57,402 nucleotides of DNA from a virus (Duplodnaviria > Caudoviricetes), in IMG/VR virus record IMGVR_UViG_3300030061_000751, positions 1-57,402 of that record; one strand, 5' to 3'. The notes under the pieces were generated by a model. That model searched no databases and was not told the DNA's origin. It saw only the letters and a list, made by a program, of their open reading frames with translations. Positions within the stretch are counted from its first letter, which is position 1. Each line of letters begins with the position of its first letter. Shown one piece after another: positions 1-10,214 of this stretch. A program made the position numbers and the translations under genes.

Positions 1-57
1 CGCGGAGCCTATGATTCAACCTCGCAAAAAGTAGTGCTTGCGTACAGAGACAACGGT
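1..57 (+). repeat. Terminal overlap, left copy (circular assembly junction)
   Basis: 1-57 matches 57346-57402 at 56/57 nt. The single difference (A at 18 vs G at 57363) is synonymous (TCA/TCG, Ser). Confidence 0.95.
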
Positions 58-633
58 AACGGAGGCGCTGGAACTGCCCGTGTTTGCACAATTAGCGGCA
101 CAGATGTTTCTTTTGGCACCGCAGTGGTTTTTGAGTCTGGACAAACAGCTTACAACGACACGGCGGCAGGAGGCGGAAAGGTTGTAGTCAGTTATGAAGA
201 TGACAGTGACACAGACCAAGGCAAAGTAGTTGTTGGAGTCGTTTCCGGTACGGACATCACTTTTGGTTCGCCTATAGAGTTTGATCCAGTAGACGTAGAG
301 TACACCGCAATAGCCTATGACGCCTCCACCAGCCAATTTGTCATTGCTTATAGAGATATGGATAACTCAAGTCGTGGGGCGGCGGTTGTGTTCGATGCGG
401 CCCCAACCAACATGACATCAGAAAACTACATAGGCATTGCAGAGTACGGCGCGGCTAATACAGAAACCGCAACCGTCTTAATCAAGGGCGGCGTCAGCAC
501 CACGCAGTCTAGCTTGACCCCCGGCCAAACATACTTTGTGCAGAGAGACGGCACAATAGGTACTACCGCGGCTAGTCCCAGCGTTACCGCTGGTACTGCC
601 GTTACATCCACAAAGCTAATAGTAAAGGGCTGA
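1..633 (+). CDS. C-terminal part of repeat-rich tail/receptor-binding protein, paralogue 2 (gene starts at 56545 and crosses the junction; ~477 aa)
   Basis: In frame with 56545-57402 across the overlap (...VLAYRDNG|NGG...). Same C-terminal module (ENYIGIA...QTYFVQ.DGT...PSVTAGTA) as the flanking paralogues. Confidence 0.85.
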   Translation, partial: RGAYDSTSQKVVLAYRDNGNGGAGTARVCTISGTDVSFGTAVVFESGQTAYNDTAAGGGKVVVSYEDDSDTDQGKVVVGVVSGTDITFGSPIEFDPVDVEYTAIAYDASTSQFVIAYRDMDNSSRGAAVVFDAAPTNMTSENYIGIAEYGAANTETATVLIKGGVSTTQSSLTPGQTYFVQRDGTIGTTAASPSVTAGTAVTSTKLIVKG

Positions 634-634
634 T

Positions 635-2062
635 ATGAGCTATCTAGGCAGACAGCTTAATGTACCAGCTAGTACGACACAGATTACTGCCGCTGTAGCC
701 TTGAGCGCGGGCAACGCGGTGTTAATCAAGAGTGACGGCAAGGCCACCAAGCCGGGTGCAACATTAGGCTCAGAGGTAGTCGTGGCGGCTGTTGGATCAA
801 GCTACAACGTGGCGATTTTTGACAGCAGTAACAATAAAACTTTGGTTGCGTATCAAGACGCGGGAGACAGTGACAAAGGAAAATGTGCGGTAGTCAGCGT
901 ATCTGGAACAACGTGTACCGTTGGCTCTGTTGTAGAGTTTGAGGCAGGAAACATAAGTTACTTGGAAGGCACGTTCGACTCTAACAGCAACAAAGTGGTT
1001 TTGACCTATCGTGACGGCGGGAATAGCGACTACGGCACTGCTATTGTTGGGACAATATCTGGAGACTCAGTGAGTTTCGGCACACCGACAGTTTTTGAGA
1101 GCGCAACTACAGTCTTTACCTCTGCGACTTTTGATAGCAGTAACAATAAAGTCGTAATCGCTTACGCAGACAATGGGAACTCTAATTACGGCACTGCCAT
1201 TGTTGGAACCGTTTCGGGAACTGGCATCTCGTTCGGCTCTGCGTCTGTTTTTGAGAGCGCAAACACTAATAGCCCTTCCGCTACTTTCGACAGTAGCAAT
1301 AATAAAGTTGTGATTTCGTACAGAGATAATGGGAATAGCAGTTATGGCACGTCGATTGTCGGCACGGTGTCTTCAACCAGTATTTCTTTTGGGTCTGCTA
1401 CGGTTTTTGAGTCAGCGGAAGTTGCTTTTATCAGTTCTGCTTTTGACACAACGAACAACAAAGTCGTTGTTTGTTATGCAGATGCTGGTAACTCAAACAT
1501 TGGAACGGCAATTGTAGGCACAGTTTCGTCCACAAGTATTTCTTTTGGAACTGCCGCCGTATTCTCTGGCTCAGAGCAAGGTTACTATAGTAACGCGGCA
1601 TTTAATCCAGATACCGGCACAGTAGGAGTCGCATATCAAGGGGCCGCAGATGTGCAAAAGTTTGCAGAAGGCACTGTGTCAGGCACGGGTATAAGTTTTG
1701 GATCGGCTACTACAATTAACAGTAGCGGTACTTACATAGATTTGGCTTACGACACTAGCGCAGACGTTTTTGTTTTTCATTTAAGAGATGCTGGGAACAG
1801 TTCTAGGCCCACTGTTTTGGCGTTTGACCTTGGCATCGCTCTGACCTCTGAAAACTTTATTGGCTTTGCAGAAGAAGATGCCACTGCAAATGGCCTAGCG
1901 ACGATTCAGTTAGGCGGCTCAGTCAACGACAAACAGACCAGCTTGACCGCAGGGCAAACATATTTTGTGCAGACGGACGGTACAATAGGCACAACTGCCG
2001 ACTCACCATCCGTGACGGCAGGCACAGCAGTTTCATCCACTAAAATTTTAGTAAAGGGCTAA
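635..2062 (+). CDS. Repeat-rich tail/receptor-binding protein, paralogue 3 (probable beta-propeller-like)
   Basis: ~51-aa repeats FDSSNNKVVIAY.D.GNS.YGTAIVGTVSGT.ISFG...VFES; located in the tail module. Confidence 0.75.
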   Translation: MSYLGRQLNVPASTTQITAAVALSAGNAVLIKSDGKATKPGATLGSEVVVAAVGSSYNVAIFDSSNNKTLVAYQDAGDSDKGKCAVVSVSGTTCTVGSVVEFEAGNISYLEGTFDSNSNKVVLTYRDGGNSDYGTAIVGTISGDSVSFGTPTVFESATTVFTSATFDSSNNKVVIAYADNGNSNYGTAIVGTVSGTGISFGSASVFESANTNSPSATFDSSNNKVVISYRDNGNSSYGTSIVGTVSSTSISFGSATVFESAEVAFISSAFDTTNNKVVVCYADAGNSNIGTAIVGTVSSTSISFGTAAVFSGSEQGYYSNAAFNPDTGTVGVAYQGAADVQKFAEGTVSGTGISFGSATTINSSGTYIDLAYDTSADVFVFHLRDAGNSSRPTVLAFDLGIALTSENFIGFAEEDATANGLATIQLGGSVNDKQTSLTAGQTYFVQTDGTIGTTADSPSVTAGTAVSSTKILVKG

Positions 2063-2065
2063 ACC

Positions 2066-2332
2066 ATGAAAACCATCACCGAAAACTCAACCAAGCTGTC
2101 CAAGTATCTTTTTGAGGACAGCAAGGCTGTGGCTATGGGTTCTGACAAGATTACGATTGGTGACCCGTCCTCACCGGACTTTTACATTGCTGACCTAGAC
2201 TCCAGCAATGCTACGCTGACTGAGAGCGTGACGGATGCGCCCAGTAATTGGTCAGGCAATCGGTATACCTACGACCCTAGTGCTGATCCAAAATGGGTAG
2301 CAAACCCAGATTGGGTCGACCCTAGTGCGTAA
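2066..2332 (+). CDS. Hypothetical protein (possible tail fibre chaperone)
   Basis: Tightly packed ORF directly after the tail paralogues. Confidence 0.55.
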   Translation: MKTITENSTKLSKYLFEDSKAVAMGSDKITIGDPSSPDFYIADLDSSNATLTESVTDAPSNWSGNRYTYDPSADPKWVANPDWVDPSA

Positions 2333-2335
2333 TAT

Positions 2336-2536
2336 GTGGAGACTATCGTCCTGTATTTGGTGCTCGACACCTACACCTACACATGGGCGATAGGAAGTCG
2401 AACGAGGCTAGAGCATTACCGGATATGCAAATACAAGGAGCTAAATAGCGAGTCGGATCAGACCTACACTTGGTACTTGCCGTATTTTAGCTCGTACTGT
2501 GATCCCTATGTAGTTTACGAGGTTCCTAATGATTGA
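2336..2536 (+). CDS. Hypothetical protein
   Basis: Fills the gap in a tightly packed operon; GTG start. Confidence 0.55.
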   Translation: METIVLYLVLDTYTYTWAIGSRTRLEHYRICKYKELNSESDQTYTWYLPYFSSYCDPYVVYEVPND

Positions 2537-3005
2537 CCCGATCACAGCGGCGGCGGCGGCGACCAAAGCGTATGCGGGGGTCAGAGCCTTCATAGAGGCT
2601 GGAAAATCCATAGAAGACACGTTTCAGGTAGTCGCTAGGTGGCAGGGCCACGCCAGCGACATCATGTACGCCAGCAAGCGCCAGAAAAAGCGTACAAATC
2701 CCCTCAAGCAGGTGGTTTTTTCGGAGTCTGTTGAAGCAGAAGCCGCGCAAATGTTTGCCGCAAAAAAACGCATAGAAAATCAACGCAAAGAAATAGTGAC
2801 GTTGTTGCAATATGCATACGGCAACGAGGGTCTTGAAGAATACAGAAACTGCATGAGAGAAGTGCAGGATCAAAGGCAAAGAGAAGTCTATGCCCAGCAG
2901 GAAGCTAAGGACACGATAGTCAAGTCATTTTGGATTGTTGTGTTAGTGGCAATAGCGGGGGGCATCATAGCGTTTATTTTTGATGCGGTATCAAGCAGAG
3001 GGTAG
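2529..3005 (+). CDS. Hypothetical membrane protein
   Basis: RBS GAGG; C-terminal transmembrane segment FWIVVLVAIAGGIIAFIF. Confidence 0.7.
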   Translation: MIDPITAAAAATKAYAGVRAFIEAGKSIEDTFQVVARWQGHASDIMYASKRQKKRTNPLKQVVFSESVEAEAAQMFAAKKRIENQRKEIVTLLQYAYGNEGLEEYRNCMREVQDQRQREVYAQQEAKDTIVKSFWIVVLVAIAGGIIAFIFDAVSSRG

Positions 3006-3006
3006 T

Positions 3007-3237
3007 ATGGATCAAGGCATGATTAACACAATTATTACCCTCGGTGCCGGTATTTTCGGGTGGCTTATGAAGACGCTATGGGACTCTGTTAGGAAGCTGG
3101 AGACAAGTGTTAGCGGCATAGAGGTTCGTGTCGCTGGCGAGTACGTTAAAAGAGATGAGTTCCGCGAAGATATACAGCGCATCTTTGAGAAGCTGGACAC
3201 AATCGAAACCAAAATAGACTCTAAGGCCGATAAGTAA
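3007..3237 (+). CDS. Small membrane/coiled-coil protein (holin- or antiholin-like)
   Basis: ATG at 3007 after GAGGG; N-terminal TM followed by a coiled coil. Confidence 0.6.
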   Translation: MDQGMINTIITLGAGIFGWLMKTLWDSVRKLETSVSGIEVRVAGEYVKRDEFREDIQRIFEKLDTIETKIDSKADK

Positions 3238-3743
3238 TGTTTGGCGTTACCGGCTTTTCAGTAACCACATTTGCCAGCGATCAGGGTGCTGGGCTAGTAG
3301 ATGTTACTGGTGTAGCGGCTACTGGGGGTGTTGGCAGTGTTGTAATTGACGGCGACTCAATTGTATCTGTCACGGGTGTGGCGGCTACCGGATCGGTCGG
3401 CAGTGTTACGGCTACTGGCGCGGCAAATGCTTCTGTTACTGGCCTGTCAGCAACAGGCTCTGTTGGTAGCGTAGAGGTAGACGGCGACTCCATAGTCAAC
3501 GCCACAGGATTGGCGGGGACAGGCGGCGTAGGCTCTGTCACAGTCGTTGAAGGCACGGGGATAAATGTTGCAGTTGGCTCGTTGTCGGCGCAGGGTCAGG
3601 TTGGCGTTGCCTCTGCTACTGGTGCTATTAGTGTGCTGGTAACGGGCGTTGCGGCAACAGGAGCCACATCAGGCGCATCCGTAGTAGCGTGGAACGAAAT
3701 CATACCGAATCAAGACCCGAATTGGACAGAGATAGCGGCATAA
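3237..3743 (+). CDS. G/V/T/S-rich virion structural protein
   Basis: Repeats of VTGVAATG.VGSV; tail module context. Confidence 0.65.
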   Translation: MFGVTGFSVTTFASDQGAGLVDVTGVAATGGVGSVVIDGDSIVSVTGVAATGSVGSVTATGAANASVTGLSATGSVGSVEVDGDSIVNATGLAGTGGVGSVTVVEGTGINVAVGSLSAQGQVGVASATGAISVLVTGVAATGATSGASVVAWNEIIPNQDPNWTEIAA

Positions 3744-3746
3744 GAC

Positions 3747-4718
3747 ATGACTAGCACATATACGACCAACCTAGGCATAGAGAAGATCGCAACAGGCGAT
3801 CAATCTGGTACATGGGGCGACACAACCAATACTAACTTTGACATTCTGGATCAGGCTGTCAACGGGATACTGTCTTTGACCCTAGCGTCTGCCGGTAGCT
3901 CTGGTTCGCCAACAGACATCCCCGTTACAGACGGCGCTGTATCAAACGGCAGAAACAAGTTTATTGAGCTTACTGATGGCGGCGACCTTGGCGGCACAGC
4001 CTATGTCAGGCTGACCCCCAATGATGCAGAGAAGATTGTTTTTGTTCGTAACAGCCTTTCAGCAAGTCGATCTGTCATTTTGTTCCAAGGCACATATAAC
4101 GCTTCAAATGACTTTGAGCTTGCCAATGGCAAGGATGCAGTGCTGAAGTTTAGCGGCACAGGGTCTGGTGCCACGGTTACACAGGTTTTTGTTAACTTGT
4201 TAGCAACAGCGGTGACATCCAACCTCACAGGTAACGTGACCGGAAATGTCACAGGTGCGGTAACAGGAAATGTCACCGGTAACCTGACGGGCAATGTCAC
4301 TGGAAACGTCACGGGCAATGTCACCGGAAATGTTACTGGAAATATCGCGTCTACAGGCTCGTCATCATTTTCGACTATTGATGTAAACGGCGGCGCTATT
4401 GACGGCACACCGATTGGAGCAAGCTCTGCCAGCACAGGTGCATTCACGACACTCAGCACTACGGGCACAGCAACGCTACCTACTGTGGACATCAATGCTG
4501 GAAACATAGACGGCACCAACATAGGTGCGTCTACCCCCGGCGCAGGCACGTTCAACGCTCTAGCCACCACTGGTGACAACATCAGAATAGATACCAGCCA
4601 AACTCCGTCTAGTTCTTCAGCGTCAGGCACCAAGGGTGAAATAGCCTACGACACAAGCTATATATATGTCTGTGTCGCAACAAACACATGGAAAAGGGTT
4701 GCACTGTCTACCTTCTAA
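3747..4718 (+). CDS. Tail fibre protein
   Basis: Tandem GNVT/GNLT tetrapeptides, IDGT.IGA repeats, C-terminal GEIAYD..YIYVCVATNTWKR motif typical of phage fibres. Confidence 0.75.
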   Translation: MTSTYTTNLGIEKIATGDQSGTWGDTTNTNFDILDQAVNGILSLTLASAGSSGSPTDIPVTDGAVSNGRNKFIELTDGGDLGGTAYVRLTPNDAEKIVFVRNSLSASRSVILFQGTYNASNDFELANGKDAVLKFSGTGSGATVTQVFVNLLATAVTSNLTGNVTGNVTGAVTGNVTGNLTGNVTGNVTGNVTGNVTGNIASTGSSSFSTIDVNGGAIDGTPIGASSASTGAFTTLSTTGTATLPTVDINAGNIDGTNIGASTPGAGTFNALATTGDNIRIDTSQTPSSSSASGTKGEIAYDTSYIYVCVATNTWKRVALSTF

Positions 4719-4727
4719 GGAGGCGTT

Positions 4728-5105
4728 ATGTTACAAGCTCTGATAGGGCCGGTTGCTAATCTCGTTGGCGGCTTTCTCAACAATAAACATGAGCAAGCGC
4801 AAGCCAAGCACCAAGCAAAACTACAGGTAATACAGAATGATGCCGATTGGGAAAGCAAGATGGCGGCGGCTTCTGCCAGTAGCTGGAAGGACGAGTTCTG
4901 GACTATTGTTCTCGCAGTCCCTCTCTTTTGCCTTGGTTACAGTGTTGTGGTTGATGATCCCGCTATTCTTGAGCGTGTTTCTAACAGTTTTTCTGCTTTG
5001 GATACTCTGCCAGATTGGTATCAGTATCTATTATTTCTTGCAGTATCTGCGTCATTTGGAATCCGTGGTGCTGATAAGCTGATGAAGTTGAAGGGTGGCA
5101 AATGA
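4728..5105 (+). CDS. Holin-like membrane protein (3TM type)
   Basis: RBS AAGGAGG; SWKDEFW...TM...LPDWYQY...SFGIRG pattern; adjacent to the endolysin. Confidence 0.65.
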   Translation: MLQALIGPVANLVGGFLNNKHEQAQAKHQAKLQVIQNDADWESKMAAASASSWKDEFWTIVLAVPLFCLGYSVVVDDPAILERVSNSFSALDTLPDWYQYLLFLAVSASFGIRGADKLMKLKGGK

Positions 5106-5296
5106 CTCCCGAACAACTTAACGCATGGCGCATCATTCCAAGGATATTGATATTCGCCATGATCGCCATGACGTACAGAACGGTTGAGTGGTTTATGTCT
5201 CTGCCTGACCCGAACCCAGAACAGGCGGCGCTGGTGTCTGTAATGACGGGCGCTTTGACCGGCGCTTTTGGTTTGTTTCTCGGGAAAAAAGAGTGA
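5102..5296 (+). CDS. Small 2-TM membrane protein (lysis module)
   Basis: Two hydrophobic segments; lies between holin and endolysin. Confidence 0.65.
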   Translation: MTPEQLNAWRIIPRILIFAMIAMTYRTVEWFMSLPDPNPEQAALVSVMTGALTGAFGLFLGKKE

Positions 5297-5643
5297 GCGA
5301 GTTTAAATACTTCAAGCTGTCTGATTTCGACTGTCAAGAGACGGGCGAGAACGAAATGGACTTCGATTTCATTATGGAGCTAGATGAACTGCGCGAGTCC
5401 TGTGGCTTTCCGTTCATTATTACCTCTGGCTACAGGTCAAACAGCCACAGCCTAGAGGCAAAGAAAGAAAAGCCCGGAATGCACGCCCACGGCATTGCCG
5501 CAGACATTGCGGTGCGTAGCGGTGTAGAGCGGATGACCATTGTTCAAAGGGCGATAGAGCACGGCTTTAACGGCATAGGAGTGGCTAAGTCATTTATTCA
5601 TGTAGACAAACGGCAATCGACGCCAGTGATGTGGGTGTATTGA
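5293..5643 (+). CDS. Peptidase M15A family endolysin
   Basis: ITSGYR, H.HGIAADI and FIHVD zinc-peptidase motifs. Confidence 0.88.
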   Translation: MSEFKYFKLSDFDCQETGENEMDFDFIMELDELRESCGFPFIITSGYRSNSHSLEAKKEKPGMHAHGIAADIAVRSGVERMTIVQRAIEHGFNGIGVAKSFIHVDKRQSTPVMWVY

Positions 5644-7494
5644 GTGGCTCTTACCAAAATACAGTTCAAGCCGGGAATAGATAAGGAAGGCACCGAATAC
5701 AGTGCCGACTCTGGTTGGTTTGACTCAGACCGTATTCGCTTCAGAAAGGGCCGCGTCGAAACGATAGGCGGCTGGCAGAAGTACGTCAGCACGGCGATCA
5801 AGGGCGTGGCGCGGTCACTGTTTGATTGGGGCGCGGCTGATGGTGACAAGTACTTGGGTGTCGGCACTAACCTGAAGTTCTATGTGGAGTCAGGCGGCAC
5901 GGTGGCGGATGTAACCCCGATCAGGGCTACTACCTCTGCTGGCGACGTGACCTTTGCCGCAACCAACGGTTCGTCAACGCTGGTGGTAAGTGACACGGGT
6001 CATGGTGCTGTAGAGGGCGACTTTGTAACGTACTCTGGTGCCGCGTCATTGGGCGGCAATGTGACAGCCGCTGTACTCAATCAGGAGTATCAGATCGGCG
6101 TTATCGTGAATGCCAACAGCTACAACATCACCGCCAAGGACACCGCTGGCGCGGCAGTTACAGCCAACTCCAGCGACTCTGGTAATGGTGGCGGCTCCAC
6201 AGTGGGCGCATACCAGATCAACACTGGCACCAACTTCTATGTAGACAGCACAGGATGGGGTGTAGGTGCATGGGGTGCTGGGACTTTTGGTGAGTCTGTA
6301 GCGATTACCTCGTCAAACCAGTTACGGCTGTACAGTCAGGACGCATTTGGCGATGACCTTATATTCAACCCCAGAGGCAGTTCTGTCTACTTCTGGGACG
6401 AAAGCAGTGGCCTGTCAACTAGGTCGGTTGCCCTATCTAGTTTAGGTGGCGCATCTGACACGCCGGTTGAGGCGCTTCAGGTCATGGTGTCCGATATTGA
6501 CAGGCACGTTATCTGCTTTGGTTGCAACCCGATTGGCTCGTCAACCCTAGACCCGCTATTTATCCGCTGGTCTGACCAAGAAAACGCAGTAGATTGGACG
6601 CCAACAGCAACAAACAGTGCTGGCGGTCAGGTGATCTCCACAGGAACTACAATTGTCGGGGCGGTTAAAACTCGTCAGGAAATACTGGTATTTACGGATG
6701 TGGGCATCCAAGCCATGCGCTTTGTGGGCGCTCCGTTTATTTACTCATTCTCTCCGGTGGCAGAGAACGTCAGCATGATTTCGCCCAAGGCCGGAGTGGC
6801 GGCGGCTGACAGCGTGTTTTTTATGGACAGGGAAGGGTTCTATGTCTATCGCGGATCGGTACAGAGACTGCCTTGCTCGGTTCTCGACCATGTGTTTTCC
6901 AATCTTCAATTTCAACAGAGATTTAAGATATACGCTACGACAAACCCTGATGACTCAGAGGTAACGTGGTATTACCCAGTAGGGACACCAAGTGCCGACA
7001 TCACAAACTATGTCACATACAATTACCAAGAGAACAACTGGGCTATAGGCACACTGGATCGCGGGGCGTTTATCCATGCGCCAACCAAAGAGTTTCCGAT
7101 TGCCGCGTCAAACAGCCTGACCAGTGACAATTATCTTTATACACATGAGATTGGTCATACGGCTGACGGCGAGCCGCTAAATGCGTTTGTTGCCTCTGGC
7201 GGCATTGGCTTGGGTGATGGCGAGCAGTTTGCGGCAGTGCGAAGGGTAATACCCGACTTTACCTTTAGGGGTAACTCTGCGGCTGTTGACCTGTCCCTTG
7301 AGGTCAAGGGCAGGGACTTTCCGCTGGGCAGTGAGACGCTGTTAGATACAGCGACAATAGCCAGCACTACAGGCCAGTTTCACCTCAGAGCTAGGACTCG
7401 GGAGATGATCATCAAAATATCCAGCAACGGAACGGATTATGGTTGGACACTGGGTGACTTGCGATTTGATGTCAGAACAGATGGACGCCGATAA
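5644..7494 (+). CDS. Tail nozzle / packaged-DNA stabilisation protein (P22 gp10-like position)
   Basis: 616 aa, beta-rich, IRWSDQE motif; precedes the ejection proteins. Confidence 0.65.
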   Translation: MALTKIQFKPGIDKEGTEYSADSGWFDSDRIRFRKGRVETIGGWQKYVSTAIKGVARSLFDWGAADGDKYLGVGTNLKFYVESGGTVADVTPIRATTSAGDVTFAATNGSSTLVVSDTGHGAVEGDFVTYSGAASLGGNVTAAVLNQEYQIGVIVNANSYNITAKDTAGAAVTANSSDSGNGGGSTVGAYQINTGTNFYVDSTGWGVGAWGAGTFGESVAITSSNQLRLYSQDAFGDDLIFNPRGSSVYFWDESSGLSTRSVALSSLGGASDTPVEALQVMVSDIDRHVICFGCNPIGSSTLDPLFIRWSDQENAVDWTPTATNSAGGQVISTGTTIVGAVKTRQEILVFTDVGIQAMRFVGAPFIYSFSPVAENVSMISPKAGVAAADSVFFMDREGFYVYRGSVQRLPCSVLDHVFSNLQFQQRFKIYATTNPDDSEVTWYYPVGTPSADITNYVTYNYQENNWAIGTLDRGAFIHAPTKEFPIAASNSLTSDNYLYTHEIGHTADGEPLNAFVASGGIGLGDGEQFAAVRRVIPDFTFRGNSAAVDLSLEVKGRDFPLGSETLLDTATIASTTGQFHLRARTREMIIKISSNGTDYGWTLGDLRFDVRTDGRR

Positions 7495-7691
7495 TGCCTA
7501 AATATACGACACTGCCGGTAGCCAGCCCAGAGTATGAGCGAGAAAACGAGCAGGTTGCCCGTAGAACAATAGAGCAGTCGCTACAGGACATATCATCAAC
7601 TGTGGAAGGCAACACAAACAAGACAAACAAGGACTCGTCACTGGCCCTGCGCCGGTTTCAGTTCTTGCTGATGGGTGCAAGCAATGGCTGA
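7494..7691 (+). CDS. Hypothetical protein
   Basis: Stop/start-coupled ORF. Confidence 0.6.
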   Translation: MPKYTTLPVASPEYERENEQVARRTIEQSLQDISSTVEGNTNKTNKDSSLALRRFQFLLMGASNG

Positions 7692-8013
7692 TGTCATCAA
7701 GGTTCTCGGTCAGCTTGACCCGTCTGCCACAACAACAACCACGCTGTACACGGTGCCTAACCTGAACCAGACAACGGTTAGTTCTATTAACGTATGTAAC
7801 CGCACCTCTGGCGCATTGACATTTAGACTAAGCGTCCATGTCGCAGGTGCTGGAGCAGACAATAAACAGTTTATTTATTATGATAAGTCAGTCTCAGCAA
7901 CGGACACATTTTCTGCTGTGTTAGGACTGACGCTTAACCAAAGCGATGTGGTCAAGGTGTACGCAAGTGGCACTGGCCTTAGCTTCAATATGTTTGGTGT
8001 AGAGACAAGCTGA
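7684..8013 (+). CDS. Small beta-rich virion protein (resembles 54719-55093)
   Basis: LYTVP...I.VCN...L...D pattern. Confidence 0.6.
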   Translation: MADVIKVLGQLDPSATTTTTLYTVPNLNQTTVSSINVCNRTSGALTFRLSVHVAGAGADNKQFIYYDKSVSATDTFSAVLGLTLNQSDVVKVYASGTGLSFNMFGVETS

Positions 8014-10214
8014 TGAATAGATACCCAGCAAAACCAATGATGGACGAGATGGCGAAGTATGGTCGCTATGGCGACACGATGCTTGTCCACATGAACCCCG
8101 TTGAAGTGGCAGGGATAGCCTCTCTGGTTCCCGGCGGCAGACTCACCACAAACCCCGTGACAGGCCAGCCAGAGGCGTTCCTGCCTCTCCTTGCTGGCTT
8201 TGTGGCAAAGGGTCTTGGCCTGAAGGCGCTGGGAACTGGCGTTCTTGTGGGGGCGACCTCTGCGGCTGTAACAGGTGACCTCAAACGCGGCATTCTTTCT
8301 GGCCTGACAGCAGGCTTTGGTGCCGGTATTGGAGATGCGGTTGGCCTTGGAGATGCAATTCCAAGCGAGCTTGATGTGGGTATTTCAGAAATTGTAGAGG
8401 GCGCTGGAAATGTTCCTGCGGGAGAAGCCTTGGCGGCGGCGTCTGAGGCGGGACAGCTTGCTGATATGTCTAGAACTGCTGGCTCCTCTCTCGGCGGTCT
8501 TGGCGAGGGGATAGAACAAGCTAGAGCGGCAGTGCCAGACATCCTAAAGAAACAGCCAGAGTTCCTAGACACTGCTGTAGATAAGCTCGGCTTCACAGGA
8601 AACCTAGCTGGTGCTGGCATTACGTCAGGCATCATGGAGCAGGACAGGCTCCAAGAGCAGTTTGCTAGACAGGAAATGGCGCGCTTAGGAGAGGCAGAGG
8701 CAGATCGAAGAGAGGGATTTGAGAACCTGCAAGCAGGCTACATAGCTTCAGGTGTGCCTACGGGTCTTTCTTCTGCACGATCTGAAATGAGTCGCTACCA
8801 ACAACCGCCCATGTATGCGGCTGGTGGCGGTCAGGTTCGCGCTATGGCAGATGGTGGCACAACAAAAGAAAATGAAAACCCCTACGCAAGGCAGTATGCG
8901 GGTCTTGGCGCGGCTAGGGACATTGCTCGCTTTATGGGTGGCCCTAGAGGGTATATGGGCGTTGATCCTGTCAGCGTACAGCAAAGACTGCGCGGTCAGG
9001 ACGTTGTAGCCCCACCACGCGACTATATGCCCGGTTTTGAGCCAGAGGTTCAGTATTTCCAAAATCTAGCCCGTGACCCAGATGGCAACATAGTTGGCAC
9101 CCCTGACGTTCCTGACAGAAGCTACAGGCCGATGAGACAGGGCGTCATATCTCGTAGTCAGTACTTTGACCCAGTGCTACAAGCACCACAGTCAGGCGCT
9201 CAAATGAATGAGTATCGTCGAACGCTGGAAAAGCTCGACCCCGGCCCTCTTGACGAGGCGTCAGTCATGGGGCTGGCTTCTGAGGGGTCAGTGCTGTCTC
9301 CAATGCAACAGAATATGTTTCAGCAATATGCTCCATTAGCTCCGTTTAACCCCGCCCAACGAAATCGAATATCGGAATTGATGGGTCGCGGGAAGACTAT
9401 GCAGGAGGCAATAAACCAGCAAGAATTGTCAAGATCAAAAGGTTACGACTTGGATGGTGACGGAGTTGTAACAGACGCGGAATTTACTCAGGCCACAGCA
9501 GAGCCAGAAAAGCCAGATGTTCCAGACTACGCGAAAGGTATGTCTCCAGAGCAACAGGCTATTGTTGCAGATTATATGGAACAATACGGTGCAGACACCG
9601 GCAGGTTTTTGTCGAGCTTGATGACGGGTGGCCTTGGTAGTATCGGTAGTTTTATGGCTGAAGGGGGAGAGGCGAAGAAGATGCCAGAGGTTGGCCCTGC
9701 ACCCACAGGCGGCGACATACCTATCCGTACCTCCATGATGGAGGGGACCGTCCCTGACGGCGGTATAGCCCGTGTTCCCACTGAGTTTACCCAGCATGCG
9801 ATGCCTAGCGAGCAAGAGATGTCAATGTTGGCTATGGCTGTTCTAGGCCAGACAGAAAACCCCGACCCGATTATAAGTATGTTTGTCGATAAGTATGGCC
9901 CTGATGTGTATCGTCAGGCTAGACAGATGATTCTTGAGTCTGTCGTGCCAAATGCTCAGACAGAGGGCATGGTTCGTGGTAATGGCAGTGGGATGGATGA
10001 CAAGGTGCAGGGTATGATAGGCAGAGATCAGCCTGTTGCCGTGTCTCCCGGCGAATATATTGTTGCCGCCGATGTGGTGTCCGGTCTAGGCGAAGGCAGT
10101 TCTGATGCTGGAGCTAGGGAGCTGGACAGGATGATGGATAAGGTTCGCATGGAGCGCAACGGCACAACGCAACAGGCTCCCAGAATTGATGAAAGGAAAG
10201 TGATGCCTGCATGA
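8013..10214 (+). CDS. Putative internal virion/ejection protein
   Basis: GRYGDTMLVHMNP.E and NPVTGQPEAF N-terminus, repeated [MY]AxGG motifs, EF-hand-like DLDGDGVVTDAE, G.G.GMDD...S.GEYIV.ADVVS.LG.GSS.AGA..LD.MM C-terminus. Confidence 0.6.
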   Translation: MNRYPAKPMMDEMAKYGRYGDTMLVHMNPVEVAGIASLVPGGRLTTNPVTGQPEAFLPLLAGFVAKGLGLKALGTGVLVGATSAAVTGDLKRGILSGLTAGFGAGIGDAVGLGDAIPSELDVGISEIVEGAGNVPAGEALAAASEAGQLADMSRTAGSSLGGLGEGIEQARAAVPDILKKQPEFLDTAVDKLGFTGNLAGAGITSGIMEQDRLQEQFARQEMARLGEAEADRREGFENLQAGYIASGVPTGLSSARSEMSRYQQPPMYAAGGGQVRAMADGGTTKENENPYARQYAGLGAARDIARFMGGPRGYMGVDPVSVQQRLRGQDVVAPPRDYMPGFEPEVQYFQNLARDPDGNIVGTPDVPDRSYRPMRQGVISRSQYFDPVLQAPQSGAQMNEYRRTLEKLDPGPLDEASVMGLASEGSVLSPMQQNMFQQYAPLAPFNPAQRNRISELMGRGKTMQEAINQQELSRSKGYDLDGDGVVTDAEFTQATAEPEKPDVPDYAKGMSPEQQAIVADYMEQYGADTGRFLSSLMTGGLGSIGSFMAEGGEAKKMPEVGPAPTGGDIPIRTSMMEGTVPDGGIARVPTEFTQHAMPSEQEMSMLAMAVLGQTENPDPIISMFVDKYGPDVYRQARQMILESVVPNAQTEGMVRGNGSGMDDKVQGMIGRDQPVAVSPGEYIVAADVVSGLGEGSSDAGARELDRMMDKVRMERNGTTQQAPRIDERKVMPA

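Noticed and set aside
1-57. Terminal repeat as a biological direct terminal repeat
   Set aside because: It lies mid-gene with the frame continuing across the junction, so it is best explained as assembly circularisation. The single synonymous mismatch suggests strain variation.
4220-4345. 12-bp tandem repeats as a non-coding array
   Set aside because: They encode GNVT/GNLT fibre repeats with third-position variation.
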